Shown here one piece after another: positions 30,029 to 40,303 of a stretch of 64,000 nt of DNA. The stretch is from Candidatus Latescibacterota bacterium (GTDB taxonomy: Bacteria; Latescibacterota; UBA2968; UBA8231), in NCBI GenBank assembly GCA_965208105.1, contig OZ242318.1, positions 1,952,001 to 2,016,000 of the forward strand, read 5' to 3'. Position 1 is the first letter of the stretch; each line of letters starts with the position of its first letter. The position numbers and the translations under genes are program-made. Below the pieces are notes generated by a model. The model searched no databases. It saw only the letters and a list, made by a program, of their open reading frames with translations, and was not told the DNA's origin.

Positions 30029-30819
30029 TGCGGCCCTACCTGGCCGTCCTCAGCGCCCGCATCCGCATGTTGCTGCAGTACCGGGCGGCGGCCCTGGCAG
30101 GCATGACCACGCAGTTGTTCTGGGGACTGATCCGGGTGATGATCTTCGAAGCGTTCTACCGCACGGCGCTGGAGCAGCAGCCCATGACATACGCCGAGGT
30201 GGTCAACTACGTCTGGCTCGGCCAGGCCCTGTTGGCCCTGCTGCCCTTGTTGCCCGACGACGACGTGCGCACCATGGTGCGCACGGGCACGGTGGCCTAC
30301 GAACTGGCGCGGCCGGTAGACCTCTACGCCTTCTGGTACAGCCGCGCCCTCGCCAACCGCATCGCCCCCACCCTGCTGCGCTCGGTGCCTTTGTTCTGCC
30401 TGGCCTTCCTCTTCTTCGGCCTGCAGGCCCCCGCCTCGCCGGCCGCGGCCGCGGCCTGGGCCCTGGCCATGGTGGGCGCCGTCCTTCTGGCCGGGGCCCT
30501 GTCCAACCTGGTCAACGTCACCTTGTTGTGGACCATCGCCGGAGAGGGCTCCTCGCAGATCCTGACGGTGTGCGTCCTCGTCTTTTCGGGCATGATAGTC
30601 CCCCTGCCCCTGTTCCCCGACGCGCTTCAGCCCCTGCTCGACTTCCTGCCCTTCCGCGGCCTGGCCGACACCCCGTACCGCCTCTACATGGGGCACATCC
30701 CCGCATCCCAGGTGTGGTCGGTGGTGGGCCATCAGCTCGCCTGGACCTTGACCCTGGTGGGGCTGGGCCGCTTTCTCCTCCACCGCGGCACCCGCCGCCT
30801 GGTCGTCCAGGGAGGCTGA
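30028..30819 (+). CDS. ABC-2 family permease
   Basis: About 6 TM; QYRA, GTVAYELARP, VVQGG end. Confidence 0.88.
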   Translation: MRPYLAVLSARIRMLLQYRAAALAGMTTQLFWGLIRVMIFEAFYRTALEQQPMTYAEVVNYVWLGQALLALLPLLPDDDVRTMVRTGTVAYELARPVDLYAFWYSRALANRIAPTLLRSVPLFCLAFLFFGLQAPASPAAAAAWALAMVGAVLLAGALSNLVNVTLLWTIAGEGSSQILTVCVLVFSGMIVPLPLFPDALQPLLDFLPFRGLADTPYRLYMGHIPASQVWSVVGHQLAWTLTLVGLGRFLLHRGTRRLVVQGG

Positions 30820-30823
30820 AACC

Positions 30824-31627
30824 GTGCTCGACGGACTGCGCCTCTACGGCCGCTATATCGGCATTTCCTTCCGCAGCCAGATGCAGTACCGGGCCTCCTT
30901 CATCATGCTTTCACTGGGCCAGGGGGCGATGACCGGCCTGCAATTCCTCGGCATCTGGGTGCTCTTCGACCGCTTCGCCGCACTCGACACTTGGAGTCTG
31001 CCCGAGGTGGCCTTCTTCTATGGCCTGATCAATATCGCCTTCGCCCTGTGCGACGCCTTCTCGCGCGGCTTCGATTTCTTCGCCTCCATGGTAAAAAACG
31101 GCGACTTCGATCGCCTGCTGCTGCGCCCGCGCAGCACCGCCCTGCAGCTTGCCGGACAGGAACTCACCCTCAAGCGCGTCGGCGCCTTCGCCCAGGGCCT
31201 GGTCGTCCTGCTGTGGGCTTCGCATGCCCTGGAGCTGGTCTGGACACCTGACAAGGTGTTCCTCGCCCTGCTCACCATCATCGGCGGCGCCTGCCTGTTC
31301 TACGGCCTCATGGTCCTGCAGGCGACCCTGGCATTCTGGACCACCGAGACCCTGGAAATCGTCAACACCGTCACCTACGGCGGGCGGGAGACGGCCCAGT
31401 ACCCGTTGGCCATCTACCGCGGGTGGTTCCGCCGCTTCTTCACCTACGTCATACCCCTCGCCTGCGTCGGCTACTATCCCGCCCTGGGAATCCTGGAGCG
31501 CCCCGACCCCCTGGGTTCAGGACCGTGGTTCCAGTGGCTGTCCCCGGTCGTGGGCGTACTCTTCTTCGTGGTCTGTCTGCAGGTCTGGCAGGTGGGGGTG
31601 CGGCACTACCGCTCTACGGGAAGCTGA
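30824..31627 (+). CDS. ABC-2 family permease
   Basis: QMQYRASF, GDFDRLLLRP, YRSTGS end. Confidence 0.88.
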   Translation: MLDGLRLYGRYIGISFRSQMQYRASFIMLSLGQGAMTGLQFLGIWVLFDRFAALDTWSLPEVAFFYGLINIAFALCDAFSRGFDFFASMVKNGDFDRLLLRPRSTALQLAGQELTLKRVGAFAQGLVVLLWASHALELVWTPDKVFLALLTIIGGACLFYGLMVLQATLAFWTTETLEIVNTVTYGGRETAQYPLAIYRGWFRRFFTYVIPLACVGYYPALGILERPDPLGSGPWFQWLSPVVGVLFFVVCLQVWQVGVRHYRSTGS

Positions 31628-31732
31628 GTTCGTCGATGCGGCGGAGGCGGGCAGCCTGCCCCGTCGGTGGGATGGGCGACGGGGCTGCCTCTACCGAGGG
31701 GCAGCTCTTAGGATGGAGAAAGGTCCCTCGCC

Positions 31733-32788
31733 TCACTCGAACAAGGCGGCGTATTCGCCGTAGCCTTCCCTGGAAAGGTCATCGGCGGGGATGAAGCGCA
31801 GGGCAGCCGAGTTGATGCAGTAGCGCAGCCCGGTGGGTGGCGGTCCGTCGGCGAAGACGTGCCCCAGGTGCGAGTCGCCGTACTTGCTGCGCACCTCGGT
31901 GCGGGTCATGAACAGCGACCTGTCGGTGTGCTCGACGATGTGGTCCGGCACCAGGGGCCGGGTGAAGCTCGGCCAGCCGGTGCCCGATCTGAACTTGTCG
32001 CGGGAGCTGAAGAGGGGTTCGCCGGAGACGACATCGACGTAGATGCCGGCGGCCTTGTGGTTCCAGTACAGGTTCTTGAAGGGCCGCTCGGTGGCGTCCT
32101 GTTGCGTGACCCTGAACTGCAGGTCGGTGAGCTTGCTGCGCAGGATGTCGATCGGGGGTTTGGTATACTGGATTCTCGCTCTTGGCGCCGGGAGGTCCTT
32201 GCCCCAGGTCTTCTCGATGAAGCGGTCGCGGCCCGATCCCCGGCGATAGCGCTTGTAGTGCCGGGAATTCTTCAGGTAGTAGTCCTGGTGGTACTCCTCG
32301 GCCGGATAGAAGGTGGTTGCCGGACGAATGGGGGTGACGATGGGTTTGTCGAAGCGGCCCGAGGCGTCCAAGGCCCGTTTGCTGGCTTCGGCCAGGGTGC
32401 GCTGTTCCTCGTCGTGATAGAATATGGCCGAGGTATACTGATGGCCGCGGTCGTAGAAGGACCCCCCTGCGTCGGTGGGGTCGAATTGACGCCAGAAGAC
32501 CTCGAGAAGCTGGCTGTAGGAGACGACCTCGGGGTCGAAGGTGACCAGTACGGACTCGATGTGCCTGGTCGCCCCGGAGCTGACTTCATCGTAGGTCGGG
32601 TTTTCGCGCTCGCCGCCGGTGTAGCCGGAGACCGCCTCGGCGACCCCCTCGACCTGGTCGAAGGGAGCTTCGATGCACCAGAAACACCCCCCCGCGAACG
32701 TCGCCTGGGCGAGGTCCTGTGCGCGGCTGGCTTGAATGCCAGTCAGACATGTGGTCAGGGCGGTCAGAACGACTAGTCCGGCCTTCAT
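31733..32788 (-). CDS. msrAB: Exported methionine sulfoxide reductase MsrA/MsrB fusion
   Basis: Signal peptide; [16 protein letters not shown]; GWPSF, RYCINS. Confidence 0.93.
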   Translation of the reverse strand: MKAGLVVLTALTTCLTGIQASRAQDLAQATFAGGCFWCIEAPFDQVEGVAEAVSGYTGGERENPTYDEVSSGATRHIESVLVTFDPEVVSYSQLLEVFWRQFDPTDAGGSFYDRGHQYTSAIFYHDEEQRTLAEASKRALDASGRFDKPIVTPIRPATTFYPAEEYHQDYYLKNSRHYKRYRRGSGRDRFIEKTWGKDLPAPRARIQYTKPPIDILRSKLTDLQFRVTQQDATERPFKNLYWNHKAAGIYVDVVSGEPLFSSRDKFRSGTGWPSFTRPLVPDHIVEHTDRSLFMTRTEVRSKYGDSHLGHVFADGPPPTGLRYCINSAALRFIPADDLSREGYGEYAALFE

Positions 32789-32931
32789 GGCTCCTCCTTT
32801 TGGGCTTGTTTGATCAAGAGACGCTCCGGTATGCCAAAAGGTTCTCACTACCTGGAAGCATGGGTCCCCATGGCAGCGTCAGACCAGCAGGCCGCGGCCG
32901 GCCTGAAGACTCGGCCCCTTCTCCTGCGACC

Positions 32932-34659
32932 TCAGGGGTTTTTGCTATCAGCCCCCAACAACTCCCGCGCATGCGCCAGGGTCGTCGCCGTCTCTTTGCC
33001 GCCTTGCATCCGGGCGAGCTCCTCCACCCGTTCTTCCGCTGCCAGCAGCTTCGCCGAAATCGTCGTCCGATCTCCTTCCACGGCCTTGTCAACCCGATAG
33101 TGCTGGTCCGCAAAGCGGGCAATCTGCGGCAGGTGGGTGATGCAGAAGACCTGGCGGAACCGCGACAGTTCCTTCAGCTTCTGCCCGACGATATCCGCGG
33201 TGCGTCCGCCGATGCCCGCGTCGACCTCGTCGAAGATCAGCGTCGGAATCGGATCGATTTGGACCAGCACGGTCTTCAATGCCAGCATCACGCGGGAGAT
33301 CTCCCCGCCCGAGGCTATCTTCGCCAACGGCTTCGGCTCGGACCCGACATTGGGAGAGATGAAGAACTCGATTTCATCCATCCCGTCAGCCCGCAGCTCG
33401 TAGCGCTTCCCTTCCATCTCCAGGGGACCCTCTGCGGACTCGATGGGGGAAACCATGATTCGGAAAACCGCTTTTTCCATGCCCAGCGTCTGGAGCTCGC
33501 CCTCGATCAAGGACTCGAGCCGGGCCGCGGTCTCCCTCCGTTTCCTCGAGAGTTCCGTCGCCAGTTCTCCCACCTGCCGCGTCGCGATCCGGACCTGATC
33601 CTTCAGCTCCTCGATGCGGTCGGACCCCACCTGAAGACTCTCGAGTTTCTGCGAGGCCTGCGCCTGGTAGGATAGAATCTCCGAGATCGAAGCCCCGTAC
33701 TTGCGCTTGAGCCGGTGGATGAGGTCGAGACGTTCCTCGACCTCGGCAAGGCGGTGCGGGTTGAACTCGACCCTGTCGCGGTAGTCGCGAATCTGGTAGG
33801 CGATGTCCTCCAGCTCGTAGAGGGCAGACTCGAAACGCGTCTTCAACTCCGCCAGGCTTTCGTCCAGCTCGCCGAGCCTGGAAATGGCGCGGCCAGCCGA
33901 TTTCAAGCCGTCCAGGGTCGAAGCCTCGGACAGATCGCCGCCGTAGAGCTGCTCATAAAGCTGATTCGCCGATTCAAAGAGGGTCTCCGCGTTGCCGAGG
34001 AGATGGCGCTCGTTGTCGAGCGCCTCCTCTTCCTCCTCCTGGAGCTGGACTTCATTCAGTTCCTCGAGCTGAAATTCCAACAGGTCCTTCTCCTGCGCCG
34101 CCTCGCTCATTTCCCTGGAGAATTCTGCCAACTGCGACCGGGCGGCGTGGAGTTCATCGTACTGTTTGCGCAGCTCCGACCTCAGCGCCTCATGCCTGCC
34201 GAAGGTATCGAGGAGGTCCCTGTGGGTTTCAGGCCGGAAGAGAGATTGGTGCGCATGCTGCCCGTGGATATCGACGAGCAGATCGCCCACTGCGCTCATG
34301 AACTTAAGACTGACCAGTTGCCCATTTGCGTGGCAGCGAGCGCGGCCGTTTGCGTTGATTTGCCGGGACAGGACCAGGGTTTCCTCTTCATCCAGGATTT
34401 CGGCCAACTCCGAGTCGATGAGACTGTCCCCTGCCGCATGATCCGGCAGCGGAGCCACCGCGATCTGGACCTTGGCGTTGACCGCCCCGTCCCTGACGAT
34501 CCCGGAGGTGCCGCGTTCACCGAGCGCGAGTCCCACCGCGTTCAGGATGACGGATTTCCCCGCACCCGTTTCCCCGGTGAAGACATTGAGCCCGGAGGAG
34601 AACTCCATCCGGAGCTCGTCGATGAGGGCAACGTTGCGTATGTAAAGTTCCTCGATCAT
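32932..34659 (-). CDS. recN: DNA repair protein RecN
   Basis: TGETGAGKS, IHGQH, ASGGEISR, FDEVDAGIGG, ITHLPQIA. Confidence 0.96.
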   Translation of the reverse strand: MIEELYIRNVALIDELRMEFSSGLNVFTGETGAGKSVILNAVGLALGERGTSGIVRDGAVNAKVQIAVAPLPDHAAGDSLIDSELAEILDEEETLVLSRQINANGRARCHANGQLVSLKFMSAVGDLLVDIHGQHAHQSLFRPETHRDLLDTFGRHEALRSELRKQYDELHAARSQLAEFSREMSEAAQEKDLLEFQLEELNEVQLQEEEEEALDNERHLLGNAETLFESANQLYEQLYGGDLSEASTLDGLKSAGRAISRLGELDESLAELKTRFESALYELEDIAYQIRDYRDRVEFNPHRLAEVEERLDLIHRLKRKYGASISEILSYQAQASQKLESLQVGSDRIEELKDQVRIATRQVGELATELSRKRRETAARLESLIEGELQTLGMEKAVFRIMVSPIESAEGPLEMEGKRYELRADGMDEIEFFISPNVGSEPKPLAKIASGGEISRVMLALKTVLVQIDPIPTLIFDEVDAGIGGRTADIVGQKLKELSRFRQVFCITHLPQIARFADQHYRVDKAVEGDRTTISAKLLAAEERVEELARMQGGKETATTLAHARELLGADSKNP

Positions 34660-34722
34660 GGAATTATTGAAATGAGGGGTCACCCCTGATCGATTCCGGT
34701 CTGGTCCAAATGGGTGAACAAG

Positions 34723-35538
34723 CTACTCCTCGCCCATCTCCGCCAGCAGCCGTTTCACCACTCCCTTTTGCATTTGGCACCCCGACATCTGCAGCAGTTC
34801 GCAGACGTCATCCGACAGCTTGTCCTTGTGTTCCTCGATGGGTCCATACCCGGGCGACCATGAAGCATAGGAAGTGCCGTAGCGGATGAAGTAGGTGCGC
34901 CGCGGATCGTCGAGGGTCCAGCGCCGCCCGCCGTGGCAGAGCGTTTCCGTAAACAGGACCACATCCCCCGCCTTCGCATTGACGTTGGCAACCGTGGGCG
35001 GGCCGTCGTAGATGTTCACGTGCTCAGGCCTGCGGAAGTTCGACTTGTGGCTGCCGGGGATGCAAACGAATCCTCCGCCGGCGGGCACGTCCACCAGGGA
35101 AACGGCGGCGTTGAGGAAGTTTGCAAACACCCTCCCTTCGCTGGCCTGGTAATCGTTCGCCGGGTTGCGAAGCCCCCCCTCGAAGCCGCCGTGGAAGGCA
35201 ATTTCGTCCGATTCCTTCGTGTTTCGCGTGAGTCCGGTCGAGAGCAGTTGGGGATGGTTTCCCGTCAGCGCCAGCACCACCCGCATGATTTCGCGATTGA
35301 GAACCGTCCGCTGGAAGACCTCGTCGGCATACGGAGCGTTGTTGATGGAACGCGGGGTAGTCGACTTGGTGCTCCAATGGCTATAGGTCTTCAACGGCGG
35401 CGGCAGCTCACTGTCGTCGAGAGCGTGCCAGGTATCGCACAGCTCGACCATCCGCTTTACGTCCTCCTGCGGAACGGCCTGCTCTAGCACAATATAGCCC
35501 TGGAGATCGAACCACCATTTTTCTTCTTCGGTCAGCAT
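34723..35538 (-). CDS. PhyH family dioxygenase (HxG variant)
   Basis: FDLQGYI, FHGG, IPGSHKSN, LCHG. Confidence 0.85.
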   Translation of the reverse strand: MLTEEEKWWFDLQGYIVLEQAVPQEDVKRMVELCDTWHALDDSELPPPLKTYSHWSTKSTTPRSINNAPYADEVFQRTVLNREIMRVVLALTGNHPQLLSTGLTRNTKESDEIAFHGGFEGGLRNPANDYQASEGRVFANFLNAAVSLVDVPAGGGFVCIPGSHKSNFRRPEHVNIYDGPPTVANVNAKAGDVVLFTETLCHGGRRWTLDDPRRTYFIRYGTSYASWSPGYGPIEEHKDKLSDDVCELLQMSGCQMQKGVVKRLLAEMGEE

Positions 35539-35877
35539 GAAGTGTCTCTCCTTTTTCTCGATTCGATGGTGAAAATTGGGCCTGAGACGACCGGATTCCC
35601 TGTTGCATCAGGGGGAACCCACAGGGGTCCAGGTCTGTGCGCCCCCCGCCTTCAATATGAAAAACGCAAATTTCACGCCAACGGACAATTTTTCCCGGGA
35701 AAACCTCGCGCCCATGGGGCAGCGACCGCGGGATTGCCCTGCCGAGGCCCGCGGCTGCCTGCCTCCGGGCCCGGTCCGCACGATGCTGCTCCGACCGATA
35801 TTGTTCTGCCGGGTTCTCCCGCCGCTGGCGGGATTGCCCGCCTCTGCCCCCGCTCTCTCCCGCTGTCCCGGGGGCTG

Positions 35878-36963
35878 CTAGGGACGCGCCCGGCCGTAGC
35901 GCGGCCTGACCCCGCCCCCGGCGCTGGACTCGTAGGCTGCTTCCACCACGGCCATGGTACGGTACGCATCCTCGATGGAGGTGGGCAGCTCCCCGGCGGA
36001 GCCTTCGAGAAAGCACTGCAGGCTGGCCATGGTGCCCACGAAGGCATCGGGATACCAGTTCCCTTCCGGCTCCACGGTGATCCACTCGCGCTCGCCGCCC
36101 TCGCCCATCACGCAGTACTCCAGCTCGTCCGGCCTGCCCCGCGGATAGTCGAGAACCACCCCGATCTGGGTGCGGACGGCGCCCCTGGTGCCTTCCCATT
36201 TCACGTAGCTCCACTGATGTCTGCCGCCGAAGTCGTGGCCGTGGTTGGTGGTTACGCTGGCGCGGACGTGGTCGCCGTAGTCCAGGATCACCGACGAGCG
36301 CGTGGCTTCCATATGCGCGGCGGAAGGATGCCTGGTGGTTTTGGCGTACACCCCTGCCGGATCGCCCAGGAAGGAGCGGACCAGGTCGAGGTAGTGGATG
36401 CTGTGGTAGACGATCTCCACCCGCGGAATCTGCGCCAGCCAGCCCCACAGGTGCCAGGGGGTGTGCGTGTTGACGTTGATCTCCATGTCGTGGATCTCGC
36501 CGATGGCCCCTTGATCGATCAGGCTGCGGGCGCCGGCGTTGCAGGGGGCGAAGCGAAGCTGGAAGTTGACCGCCGCGGTCAGCTTCTTGCGGCCGCAGAG
36601 GCCGCGAATCTCCCGCGCGTGCTCGAGATCCTCGCCCATGGGCTTCTGGATGAGTGCCGCGGCTCCGTCGGGCAGGGCGTCGACGATCCCGGGTATGGCG
36701 GATGCCGGTGTGGCGATGTCGAAGACGGCGTTCTGCTTCACCGCCGCCTCCACCGCCTCCTCCAGCGAGCCGTGCACGCAGGGAATCCCGAAGTCCGCGG
36801 CCAGCTTCTCGGCGGCCCCCCGGTCCTTGTCGTAAACACCCGCCACCGGAAAGCCGGATTTGCGGTAGGCCGGCAGGTGGGCGTCGCGCATGATGCCTCC
36901 CGCGCCGATACAGACGATGGGACGAGGGTCGATGGGAAGCCGGGGCTGCTGCTCGATTTTCAT
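35878..36963 (-). CDS. Gfo/Idh/MocA family oxidoreductase
   Basis: IGAGGI, QKPMG, NFQLRF, HSIHYLD. Confidence 0.9.
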   Translation of the reverse strand: MKIEQQPRLPIDPRPIVCIGAGGIMRDAHLPAYRKSGFPVAGVYDKDRGAAEKLAADFGIPCVHGSLEEAVEAAVKQNAVFDIATPASAIPGIVDALPDGAAALIQKPMGEDLEHAREIRGLCGRKKLTAAVNFQLRFAPCNAGARSLIDQGAIGEIHDMEINVNTHTPWHLWGWLAQIPRVEIVYHSIHYLDLVRSFLGDPAGVYAKTTRHPSAAHMEATRSSVILDYGDHVRASVTTNHGHDFGGRHQWSYVKWEGTRGAVRTQIGVVLDYPRGRPDELEYCVMGEGGEREWITVEPEGNWYPDAFVGTMASLQCFLEGSAGELPTSIEDAYRTMAVVEAAYESSAGGGVRPRYGRARP

Positions 36964-37102
36964 GGTGGCCGTCCTGTAATTCTAATCTATAGGAGTGAGT
37001 CTATAGGAGCGAAAGCCTGCATTGGTGTGGTGGTCCTAATTAAATTAAGCTCGATTTCGCCAGAAAGTTTTTGTATTTATTGGTTGAGGAAAGGAGCAAG
37101 AC

Positions 37103-37966
37103 ATGACCCGGAAAGACAGAGACAGCATGGGAACCGCACCCCCCGCATCCGCGTTCGGCCGCTACGAGGGCCGCTTCGAGAGGATCGAAACCCCGGAGCT
37201 GAACACTGACGTGCCGGCAGAGAACCAACTCGCCGAGTGGGAGGCGCAGCTCTACGACATTGGATACCTCATCATCCCCGATGTGCTGCCGGCCCCGGCG
37301 GTCGAGCATTTCCGCGAGCGCCTCCTCTCCTTCGAACCTTCCGCCGGCTATTTCTCGTCCTCCCTGGTCCGCATGTTCGAGAGGGGCATGGACTTCGTCG
37401 ACTTCCTGCTGAACCAGCCGGTCTTCTCGCTCATGGAGCGGGTCCTGGGAGAGCGCATGCACATCGTCAGCATGCAGGGGCACCGGATCGTCGCCGGCAA
37501 CGAGCTGTCAGGCTTTCACTCCGACGAAATATACATCCAGCGGCCTGACCACGTGGGCGATGATGTCGAATACCCCTCCGTCGTCAATGCGATCAACTGC
37601 CACTACTACCTCGTCGATGTGCCGGAAGAACTGGGACCGACCCAGGTGGTGCCCGGCAGCCACCGCGCCTGCCGGATGCCGCGGCCCGACGACGGCGATC
37701 CGCCGCGGTGGCGGGGGCAGGGACCGGTGTCACTGACCTGCAAGGCCGGAGACTGCGTCATGTACAGCAACCAGGCGTGGCACCAGGGAGCGCCCAACCG
37801 CAGCGGCCGCGTCCGGCTGTCTGTCGTGCCCACCTATGCCCGGCGCTTCGTGGCCCAGCGCTTCTGGCCGTTCCTCAACTACACCCTGTCGCGGGACATC
37901 CTCGATCGGTGCTCGCCGCGCCAGCGGGAGCTGCTGGGCGAGCATCCGCGCGCGACCTACGGTTAA
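37103..37966 (+). CDS. PhyH family dioxygenase
   Basis: FHSD, GPTQVVPGSH, WHQGAPN. Confidence 0.87.
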   Translation: MTRKDRDSMGTAPPASAFGRYEGRFERIETPELNTDVPAENQLAEWEAQLYDIGYLIIPDVLPAPAVEHFRERLLSFEPSAGYFSSSLVRMFERGMDFVDFLLNQPVFSLMERVLGERMHIVSMQGHRIVAGNELSGFHSDEIYIQRPDHVGDDVEYPSVVNAINCHYYLVDVPEELGPTQVVPGSHRACRMPRPDDGDPPRWRGQGPVSLTCKAGDCVMYSNQAWHQGAPNRSGRVRLSVVPTYARRFVAQRFWPFLNYTLSRDILDRCSPRQRELLGEHPRATYG

Positions 37967-38040
37967 AGCCCGTCACCGGGCGTTATCAGCCCCAACACCG
38001 CGCCTTGCGGATCGGCGACGACCGCGATACGGCCGATGTC
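37963..38040 (-). pseudogene. Orphan 3' end of a VOC-family gene
   Basis: Reads DIGRIAVVADPQGAVLGLITPGDGL*, paralleling the C-terminus of the adjacent VOC gene. Confidence 0.65.
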
Positions 38041-38845
38041 AACTCGTGCGCCCGAGCGGCTCCACGAGGCAAAAATCCGCGCCCTGGGGGTCGCGCGCAA
38101 CCACGATCCTCCCGACATCGGGCACATCCAGGGGCTCGGCCATCAGACGTCCACCCTGATTTCGCACATACCCGGCCGAATCTTCCAGGTTGCCCACCTG
38201 AAAATAGACGTACCACTCCGATTCCACCCCTTCCGCCATCATCTCTTCTGGCATCTGCATCACACCCCCCACCCCTATGCCGCCGACCAACAACACGGTG
38301 TACTCCTCCACCTCGATATCGGCCTGGGTCTCGGTCTCCACACCGAAAACCTGCTTGTAGAACTTCACCGATCGCCTGCTGTCCGTGCTCAAATGCTCGG
38401 GCCAGGTGAACGCCCCGATCTCCGCCCGCACGCCGCTGCCCGCGAACTCGCCCGGTTCCCAGAGCGTGGTCATGCAGCCGGTTGGATCCGCGATCACGGC
38501 GACTTTGCCCGCCCGATCGACCTCCGTGGCCCCGGCGTGAACCGCGCCTCCGCTGTCTCGCGCCCTGCCGAGGGTCTTCTGGATGTCGTCGACAGTGACG
38601 TAAACGTTCCATCCAGGACCGGCGGCCTGGCGCAGCTGCCCCGGCCCCAGCCCGTAGACCGCAGCCGTGGGGACACCGTCGATCATCGCCATCGAATAGG
38701 TCCCGATGCCCATCTCTCCCATCTGCTCGTCAACGAAGTCCCACCCGAATAATCCGGAGTAGAACTCCCTGGCCCCGGAGAGGTCCGTGGTCGCCAGATC
38801 GATCCAGCACGGGGTGCCGTGCTGGTATTCATTCACAAAAGGCAT
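38039..38845 (-). CDS. Two-domain VOC/glyoxalase family protein
   Basis: GTPCWIDL..FYSGLFGW, W.VY..V, DPTG and DPQGA repeats. Confidence 0.9.
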   Translation of the reverse strand: MPFVNEYQHGTPCWIDLATTDLSGAREFYSGLFGWDFVDEQMGEMGIGTYSMAMIDGVPTAAVYGLGPGQLRQAAGPGWNVYVTVDDIQKTLGRARDSGGAVHAGATEVDRAGKVAVIADPTGCMTTLWEPGEFAGSGVRAEIGAFTWPEHLSTDSRRSVKFYKQVFGVETETQADIEVEEYTVLLVGGIGVGGVMQMPEEMMAEGVESEWYVYFQVGNLEDSAGYVRNQGGRLMAEPLDVPDVGRIVVARDPQGADFCLVEPLGRTS

Positions 38846-39004
38846 TTGATGAGAAATTCCTCAATCAATCTCCATCAAGGCAAGTTCCTGTTTTAACATG
38901 GGATATACGAGTTATTCCCTACCTGGACGCTGCTGGACCGCGATTTAAATTTGGTGAACCTCCCGGGGAAAAATGGATCATTTAATGTGAGGGTGCGAAA
39001 AAAA

Positions 39005-40153
39005 ATGGACAATACGACAGAAACATCGGATTCGGAGCTGGTCCTTCGTGCAAATTCGGGAGACCAGGAGGCGTTTGGCATCCTCGTCAACAGATATTGG
39101 GCAGAAGTGGCGGCCAATACAAGGAAAATCCTTCATGGGCAGGAGGACGCTCACGATGCAACCCAGGAGACTTTTCTGAGAGCCTATCGGCACTTGGGTG
39201 AGCTTCGTGACGCCAGGAAAGTCGGCCCTTGGCTTCGAAAAATCGCACAAAACGTGGCGAGAAAGTCAGTTCGCCAAAGCGAGCTCGCGCAGAGACGGCT
39301 TCCGCCTCACGAACTACGTGAAGATCTTGCCCGGATTGCCGACAGCGGCCTTCCAATTGGATACAGGGAGGCGAAAATTGTCCTGGGCACATTGAGGCCT
39401 CCTGATAGAACGGTCGTCAACCTCTTCTACCTCATTGGCTTCGACATTGCGCGGATCGCAAACACACTCGACATACCGGAGGGCACGGTGAAAAGCCGCC
39501 TTCACAGAGCCAGGAGGCAACTAAGGGAAAGGATCAAAGCCATGAACGAAGAAGCACGAAGCACAGCGGAGCAGGACCACGGAAGAGATGTCATTTGCGG
39601 GATGAGGGGACAAATCAACTGGAGCAAAATTCCGCTGGACGATGAGTTGTCAGCCTGGAGGCCGCCGCTTTCGGCTGACGAAAAAGAAATAAAAAGTACC
39701 TGGAGCCGCAGCGGTGATGCTATTGTGGGAGACAGCAGGGAGCTGGGCGAATCGGCCCCGGTGTTGATCGGAGGAGACCAAAGCTGGTCGGACTTCGAGC
39801 TCTCAGTGTTGATTACGCCGGTTTCCGCCTGCAACGCCCAGGTAATGTTTCGCTATTCAGATGTGGAAAAAAACTGGTACATGTTCGATATGCTGCTCGG
39901 CTGGCAGGCGATTGCGATCAGCAGGATGGAGGGTGGCCGCCTGACCAAGCTGAGCGTGGTGAACTATCCTCTGGAATGTGGTCAGGAGTACGAGGTGGAG
40001 ATCGCCGCACGGGAGAACTCGATTACCACGTATGTGGACGGGAAGTTGGTCAACCAGGTGACGGATGAGAAGTTTCGCTCTGGGTCAATCGCCTTGAGCG
40101 CATGGAACAGTACCGTCGCCTTCAGGGATTTGAGATACAGGCTGCTGAACTGA
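39005..40153 (+). CDS. ECF sigma factor fused to C-terminal DUF1080-like beta-sandwich domain
   Basis: Sigma2 DATQETFLRAY; sigma4 IPEGTVKSRLHRAR; C-terminal WSDFELSV...YVDGKLV...GSIAL...FRDL. Confidence 0.85.
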   Translation: MDNTTETSDSELVLRANSGDQEAFGILVNRYWAEVAANTRKILHGQEDAHDATQETFLRAYRHLGELRDARKVGPWLRKIAQNVARKSVRQSELAQRRLPPHELREDLARIADSGLPIGYREAKIVLGTLRPPDRTVVNLFYLIGFDIARIANTLDIPEGTVKSRLHRARRQLRERIKAMNEEARSTAEQDHGRDVICGMRGQINWSKIPLDDELSAWRPPLSADEKEIKSTWSRSGDAIVGDSRELGESAPVLIGGDQSWSDFELSVLITPVSACNAQVMFRYSDVEKNWYMFDMLLGWQAIAISRMEGGRLTKLSVVNYPLECGQEYEVEIAARENSITTYVDGKLVNQVTDEKFRSGSIALSAWNSTVAFRDLRYRLLN

Positions 40154-40303
40154 TTGCCTGGTGCCACCTGATCCCCATTCAGGAGACGATGTGCATGGTG
40201 TGCGCACCCGGGGCTTGTCGATGAATTGCCCGGCAGGTCGAAGGCCCGGGATTGCTGCCCAAGCGCAAGCCGTTCATTTACAGGAGATACCGATCCTGAC
40301 CGG

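Noticed and set aside
31733-32788. MsrAB as a possible selenoprotein
   Set aside because: Catalytic positions are Cys (GCFWC, RYCINS); no in-frame TGA
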